A stretch of 64,000 bases of DNA from NCBI GenBank assembly GCA_948467545.1, contig CAOKER010000006.1:664-64663 (forward strand), written 5' to 3'. A model generated the notes under the pieces. The model did not search any database and had not been told where the DNA came from. It saw only the letters and a list, made by a program, of their open reading frames with translations. This document shows, in pieces, positions 59,007 through 64,000 of the stretch; the first letter of the stretch is position 1, and every line of letters begins with the position of its first letter. Made by a program: the position numbers and the translations under genes. This stretch comes from an uncultured Eubacteriales bacterium (GTDB taxonomy: Bacteria; Bacillota; Clostridia; Oscillospirales; CAG-272).

Positions 59007-60410
59007 GTTATACCCATCGGAAGAATTCCGTTCGCATTCCCCGCTGCTTTTTTCATACAGCTCCAGCATTTCGGGCATTTTACGGTCAAGATATCCCGTG
59101 TCAAAATTTCCCTTTACATAATCCTTGTCAAACAAAATCAGATGACAAAGCTCCAAATTGGTACAGATTCCCTCGATTGTAGTTTCCTCAAGTGCGCGGC
59201 GCATTTTGCGTATTGCCTCAAGACGCGTCGGCGCGCATACGATAATTTTCGCAATCATCGAATCATAAAACGGACTAATCTCGCAGCCGCTGTAAGCTGC
59301 CGAATCAACCCTTGTTCCGTTTCCTCCGGGAAAATGCAGAAAACTTACTTCTCCCGCACAGGGGCGGAACTGATTGGACGGATCTTCCGCATTGATACGG
59401 CACTCGATTGCATGTCCCTGAAGACAGACGTCCTCCTGCTTAAAGGACAGCGGAAGCCCCGCGCTGATTCTGAGCTGTTCCTTTACCAAATCAATCCCGG
59501 TCAGCATTTCGGTAACCGGATGCTCAACCTGAATTCTTGTATTCATTTCGATGAAATAAAAATTGCCCTCTCCGTCTACCACAAATTCAACGGTGCCGGC
59601 ATTGGTATATCCGGCAGATTCAGCGGCGCGTACAGCCGCCGCTCCCATCTCCTCGCGAAGCTTCGGCGTCAGAAGACGCGCGGGAGCTTCCTCCATCATC
59701 TTTTGGCTTCGGCGCTGTATAGAGCAGTCACGCTCACCCAGATGGACTACATTTCCGAAATTATCTGCCAAAATCTGAAATTCTATGTGAGAAGGATTTA
59801 CAATAAGCTTTTCGATATATACATCGTCGTCGCCGAAGCAGGCTCTCGCCTCCGCTCTGGCTGTCGAAAAGGCCTCCTCCAGCTCCGACTCCGACCACGC
59901 CTGACGTATTCCGCGTCCTCCGCCTCCGGCGGACGCTTTTATAAGCACCGGATATCCGATCTCGCCGGCTATTCTTTTCGCATCGTCAACATTCAATACG
60001 CTGCCGTCCGATCCCGGAACCACCGGAACACCGCTTTTTTTCATCAGCTCGCGCGCGGCAGACTTATTTCCCATACTGTCGATAACCCGATAGTCCGGAC
60101 CTATAAAAACAAGTCCGCACGCCTTGCACAGACGGGCAAAATCACTGTTTTCCGATAGAAAACCAAAACCGGGGTGAATGGCATCACACCCGGTATTCAA
60201 AGCAGCGGAAAGAATATTCTGCATATTGAGATAGCTGTCGGACGCTTTTGCCGGTCCAATGCAGACAGAGCTTGTGGCAAGCTGGGTATGCAGAGCCGAT
60301 TCATCCGCCGTAGAATAAACCGCTACTGTTTCAATGTCCATTTCACGGCATCCGCGGATAATTCTAACGGCAATTTCCCCGCGGTTTGCAATCAAAACCT
60401 TTTTAAACAT
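59004..60410 (-). CDS. accC: Biotin carboxylase
   Basis: ANRGEIA, HPGFGFLSEN, GGGGRG, EMNTRIQVEH. Confidence 0.97.
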   Translation of the reverse strand: MFKKVLIANRGEIAVRIIRGCREMDIETVAVYSTADESALHTQLATSSVCIGPAKASDSYLNMQNILSAALNTGCDAIHPGFGFLSENSDFARLCKACGLVFIGPDYRVIDSMGNKSAARELMKKSGVPVVPGSDGSVLNVDDAKRIAGEIGYPVLIKASAGGGGRGIRQAWSESELEEAFSTARAEARACFGDDDVYIEKLIVNPSHIEFQILADNFGNVVHLGERDCSIQRRSQKMMEEAPARLLTPKLREEMGAAAVRAAESAGYTNAGTVEFVVDGEGNFYFIEMNTRIQVEHPVTEMLTGIDLVKEQLRISAGLPLSFKQEDVCLQGHAIECRINAEDPSNQFRPCAGEVSFLHFPGGNGTRVDSAAYSGCEISPFYDSMIAKIIVCAPTRLEAIRKMRRALEETTIEGICTNLELCHLILFDKDYVKGNFDTGYLDRKMPEMLELYEKSSGECERNSSDGYN

Positions 60411-60412
60411 AT

Positions 60413-60841
60413 TCAGACTCCAAGTTCCGCCAAAGGCTGATTATATGAAACCGTTTCCCCGTTTTCTACAAGTATCTTTTTAATTATGCCGTCCGACGGA
60501 GCCTTGATTTCATTCATCATTTTCATGGCTTCGACAAGACAGATGACATCGCCGCGGCGCACTGTCTGCCCCTCTTTTACAAACGGAGCTTCTCCAGGAG
60601 CCGGAGCAGCATAGAACACTCCCACAAGAGGAGAACGCACAAGCGTACCGCCTCCGGCGGAAGTCTGACCTTCCTCCGACGTCTGAGCGTCCGACGGGAC
60701 GGCCGCCGCGCAAACCGGCGTCAAAGCGGATTGTCCGTCCTTTTTCAGAAGCAGATGCGTCTGTCCGTCGCTCCACTCAAGCTCGCTGATGTTAGAGCCG
60801 TCAAACGACGACATCAGCTCTTTAAGTTCCTTAATATCCAT
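60413..60841 (-). CDS. accB: Biotin carboxyl carrier protein
   Basis: EAMKMMN. Confidence 0.97.
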   Translation of the reverse strand: MDIKELKELMSSFDGSNISELEWSDGQTHLLLKKDGQSALTPVCAAAVPSDAQTSEEGQTSAGGGTLVRSPLVGVFYAAPAPGEAPFVKEGQTVRRGDVICLVEAMKMMNEIKAPSDGIIKKILVENGETVSYNQPLAELGV

Positions 60842-60845
60842 AATT

Positions 60846-61079
60846 TTATTGTTCTACGTGCGAATCAATGTAGTTTACAAGATCGCCTACAGTTAATATC
60901 TCTTTCATTTCTTCGTCGGATATTTTAATATCAAAATTATCCTCAAGCGCCATTATAAGCTCAACGGCGCTCAGAGAGTCAGCACCCAAATCCTCGCGCA
61001 GCGACGCCTCCATAGTAACTTCATTTGCCTCACAGCTGATGGTATCGACGATAATATCTTTTACTTTTTCAAAATTCAT
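60846..61079 (-). CDS. acpP: Acyl carrier protein
   Basis: DLGADSL. Confidence 0.96.
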   Translation of the reverse strand: MNFEKVKDIIVDTISCEANEVTMEASLREDLGADSLSAVELIMALEDNFDIKISDEEMKEILTVGDLVNYIDSHVEQ

Positions 61080-61158
61080 TTTTGCGTCTCCTATGAGTAA
61101 TAGTTTTTTTATTTAAATATTGGAATACACTTTCACATTTGGGTATAATTTCATCTGT

Positions 61159-61187
61159 AGTATACTCCGTCAGTATTTATGTTTCAA
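61159..61187 (-). promoter_or_regulatory. sigma-A promoter of the acp-acc-fab operon
   Basis: TTGAAA-N17-TATACT on the minus strand. Confidence 0.65.
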
Positions 61188-61275
61188 CAGTATTTTGTTA
61201 ACAATTTATTTTCGGCCGTTCATAAGCAGTACACTTTTTGATGTAACCTGCGGAATTAACGGAATCTGACGCTTT

Positions 61276-62136
61276 TTATTCCGGTACTGTCAGCACTACA
61301 TTGCCGGTATCCGCATTTGCGGTTATTTTCGCATCGTATGTCGTTCCCGTAGTGTAGGCATGCCCGGAGGACGTCCCATAATAGCTTACCGCACCGAGCG
61401 GAGCTTCAAGCTTATATTCACATTCAGTTTCCTTATTTACGGAGAGCGATATATCTCCCTTTTCGGCACGCACAACGGCCGAACCCGAAAATGTCGGATC
61501 GGAAATATCAACATTTCCGTTTTTCGCCGTAAGCTTGTACGACACGGCGGACGAATCGGAGAGCACGCGTATGTTTCCGTTTTCGACACTCACATTGAAA
61601 TCCGCCTTTAATGTAAGTCCGTTCAGCGATACGTCTCCGTTTTCAATCTCGACGACGGCGTTCCTGACGGTTGTTGTGTCGGCAAGACGCAGAATTGCCC
61701 TGCGCTGCGCGCCGTCCGATATTTTAGGCTTACCCTTTCCGCCGAACGGGAAAATATACCGCAGTCCCTCGAAGGAAAAGCTTCCCGAATTAAATCTTAT
61801 CACAGATTTGATTCCGATAGAATCCGACAGCTCAAGCTCGCTGTCGCCTGTCGACAAGCTGTATTTGTACTTTTCAAAGTTCACAAGCTCAAGCTCCGAC
61901 CTCTCGGCCCCGGTTACTATCTCGACATCACAGTCGGAAAGCGACACAGTAATCTTGTTAATATTCTCCGTGGTAAGGTCGATTTTTTCAATCGGTTCTC
62001 CGTTTTCGTTATAGTCATAACAAAAAATAGAGACGTTCTCGCTTTCGGCTCTGCTCTGCGCAACGCTGCAGGTAACCGCGCCTGCGACTATCAGAACGGC
62101 GGCGAGAATAAGAAATATTATAGAGGTAGGCTTCAT
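61276..62136 (-). CDS. DUF4097 family beta-strand repeat protein
   Basis: N-terminal membrane anchor; repeated xNGDVx/xNGNIx strands; coupled to the DUF1700-like gene. Confidence 0.7.
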   Translation of the reverse strand: MKPTSIIFLILAAVLIVAGAVTCSVAQSRAESENVSIFCYDYNENGEPIEKIDLTTENINKITVSLSDCDVEIVTGAERSELELVNFEKYKYSLSTGDSELELSDSIGIKSVIRFNSGSFSFEGLRYIFPFGGKGKPKISDGAQRRAILRLADTTTVRNAVVEIENGDVSLNGLTLKADFNVSVENGNIRVLSDSSAVSYKLTAKNGNVDISDPTFSGSAVVRAEKGDISLSVNKETECEYKLEAPLGAVSYYGTSSGHAYTTGTTYDAKITANADTGNVVLTVPE

Positions 62137-64000
62137 TTCAGATTAGCACACTCCTCTCTGAAATTATAAACTATGCCCTTTGCACGGTCGATAACGTAAG
62201 TGAAGAACAACAGCAGATATTTAATAGAATAAGGCATATACCTGACCGCCGCGTTATAAACGGCTATTCCCGCTATCATCGTCAGCCCGACCGAAGCAAT
62301 TCCGATTCCTATTTCATACAGCCCTATCGGAGCGACTGAAAAAAGCTGCGTAATTCCGTATATAATCGAAATAAGCGAATATGCGGTTCCGACAACCGTC
62401 ACCGCAATCAAAAGCGCAAGCATAGCCGCAATCGCAGCCGCAAGGACGGCAAACACGGCCGCAAAAAGCGCGGTTCCGACAACCGCTGCAATCAGCACAA
62501 GCGGCAGCGAGCATATCCCGATTTTCCTAAACCGGCTTTTTCCCGCTTCGCTCGTCAGCGGAAGCCATTCTCTGCGCGTCTGAGGATAGATATATCTGCG
62601 GATTCCCGAAGCTCTCTCCTCAGGCTCGTATCCGTAATCATAATATTCATGCCGCGGAACGGGTACGCGCTCTCTCCTCATATACATGGACGCTTCGGCG
62701 GTCGGGGCCTCGCTTGAAATTACAAACTCCGCTTCACTGTTTGAATCCATATACGCCGCGTTATACGCTTCCCTCGAAAATCCTTCGCTGTCGTAATATC
62801 CGTATGAGCGGCGCTGTCCTCGTCTCCGCACGGGAGCGCTTCTCCGCACGGGAGAATTTTCACAAGCCGCGCCGTTTTCCCTAATCACGGCATTTCCGCC
62901 GTCGGCGGCGTTTTTCCTCACGGATGCACCGCCCTGAAGCATCGTCAGCTCCCTTTCGGGATCACAGCGGTTTCCGTCCCGCTCATTATCATTCGCTGTA
63001 CCGCAGAAAATATCCGATTCATCGGGCAGCTCCGGCGGCATATCTGCCTTTGCTGTCCCGTCCGCTCCGTGTGATCCGCCGGCACTGTTTTTCGCCGATG
63101 CTCCGCCGACTGAACTCTCGCTTTTCGACGCTGCCTCCGGTCCTGCTGCCTCCGATCCTTTTGCCTCTGATCCTCTTGCTTCTGATCCTCTTGCCTCGGC
63201 CCAGATTGCCTCCGCCTCGGCGCGCAGATCGCGCGGCTCCGAGTCTGACTCGGAAGAAGCACCGTATTTCGAACGGACTGTATCGGTGACGAAGGAAACT
63301 TCAGCTTCCGATTCGACATTCGGTTCGGATTTCGTTTGACCTTTCAATTCGGCTTTAAATTCGCACTTCGATTCGGCTTCCGATTTGTAATTTGTCCCGT
63401 CTCCCGCTGCGGTTTCCGTTATTAATTTCGGATTGACTTCCGTTTGATTTTCTGTCTTTGCTATTGTTGGGAATTTTTCCTCTGAGCCTGTTTGAAATTC
63501 CGGTTTCTGTTTGCTCTCCGGTTTGGATTCCGTCTCGGCTTTCGTTTCGGTCTCCGATTTAGATTCTGTAACAGCTTCTGTCTCGGTCTCCGCTTTGAAT
63601 TCCGTTCCGACTTCCGCTTCAGGCTCCCTACAGTCTGCTGTTCCGGACTTCGGTTCGCCCTCGGATTTGACCTCCGCTCCGAATTCCCCGTTCCTTACCG
63701 CGCCGTCTCCGTTTCCTGCTTTGCTCTCCGCTCCGCCGACATGCTCCGCTCCGGAAACATCCGCCTTGTCTTCGTCGGAATTTTTTCTTTCCGCATCTGT
63801 TTTATCTCTTTGACCACCCTGAGCGCTGCGGGCTTTTTTTGCGTTTATAAGACTGACAAGATTATCTACAATACTGTCCATATTTCCGAGAGAAAGAACC
63901 TGCTCCTCAATCTCGTCTTCAGACAAATTGTCAAAATAACGCTTGAACTGCTCCGCATATTTGTCCGCGCTGTCCGCGTCAACATTTTTGGATATAAGAC
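62133..64000 (-). CDS. DUF1700-like membrane protein with a very long low-complexity insert (start lies beyond the window)
   Basis: Frame stays open to the window edge (..KYAEQFKRYFDNLSEDEIEEQVLSLG..); E/K/S/A-rich middle; C-terminal transmembrane helices. Confidence 0.65.
   Translation of the reverse strand, partial: LISKNVDADSADKYAEQFKRYFDNLSEDEIEEQVLSLGNMDSIVDNLVSLINAKKARSAQGGQRDKTDAERKNSDEDKADVSGAEHVGGAESKAGNGDGAVRNGEFGAEVKSEGEPKSGTADCREPEAEVGTEFKAETETEAVTESKSETETKAETESKPESKQKPEFQTGSEEKFPTIAKTENQTEVNPKLITETAAGDGTNYKSEAESKCEFKAELKGQTKSEPNVESEAEVSFVTDTVRSKYGASSESDSEPRDLRAEAEAIWAEARGSEARGSEAKGSEAAGPEAASKSESSVGGASAKNSAGGSHGADGTAKADMPPELPDESDIFCGTANDNERDGNRCDPERELTMLQGGASVRKNAADGGNAVIRENGAACENSPVRRSAPVRRRGQRRSYGYYDSEGFSREAYNAAYMDSNSEAEFVISSEAPTAEASMYMRRERVPVPRHEYYDYGYEPEERASGIRRYIYPQTRREWLPLTSEAGKSRFRKIGICSLPLVLIAAVVGTALFAAVFAVLAAAIAAMLALLIAVTVVGTAYSLISIIYGITQLFSVAPIGLYEIGIGIASVGLTMIAGIAVYNAAVRYMPYSIKYLLLFFTYVIDRAKGIVYNFREECANLK

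Noticed and set aside
59142-60158. 338-aa plus-strand ORF, and similar ones such as 9820-10734
   Set aside because: Antisense shadows of accC and comEC with no recognisable motifs.

Overview
64 kb of mostly core chromosome from an endospore-forming Firmicute (Clostridia; probably an Oscillospirales-like gut organism, which is inference from gene content). Core blocks: patB/DUF3737, mscL, mnmA, spoVAD-spoVAE, comEC, fucU, miaB-ylbF-mutS-mutL-tgt, spoIIAA-spoIIAB-sigF, rpmG-secE-nusG-rplK-rplA, tRNA-Lys(UUU), and a complete but rearranged fatty-acid operon (acpP-accBCDA-fabH-fabK-fabD-fabG-fabF-fabZ). Accessory content: a secreted triple ricin-B-lectin/M23 peptidase followed by an orphan lipoprotein (candidate bacteriolysin plus immunity pair), a dockerin-bearing GH99-like protein, a GH89, an IS200 tnpA relic in an AT-rich islet, and a probable serine-integrase att scar behind the tRNA. 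The most unusual signal is non-coding. (i) A dispersed REP/MITE-like family with core TTCAATAAGGCGCAAAGCGCC has about 7 copies. (ii) There are more than a dozen unrelated, drifting short tandem arrays, several anchored exactly on a gene's stop codon. No CRISPR array, reverse transcriptase, intact integrase or phage genes were seen. All product calls come from motif recognition only; no searches were run.
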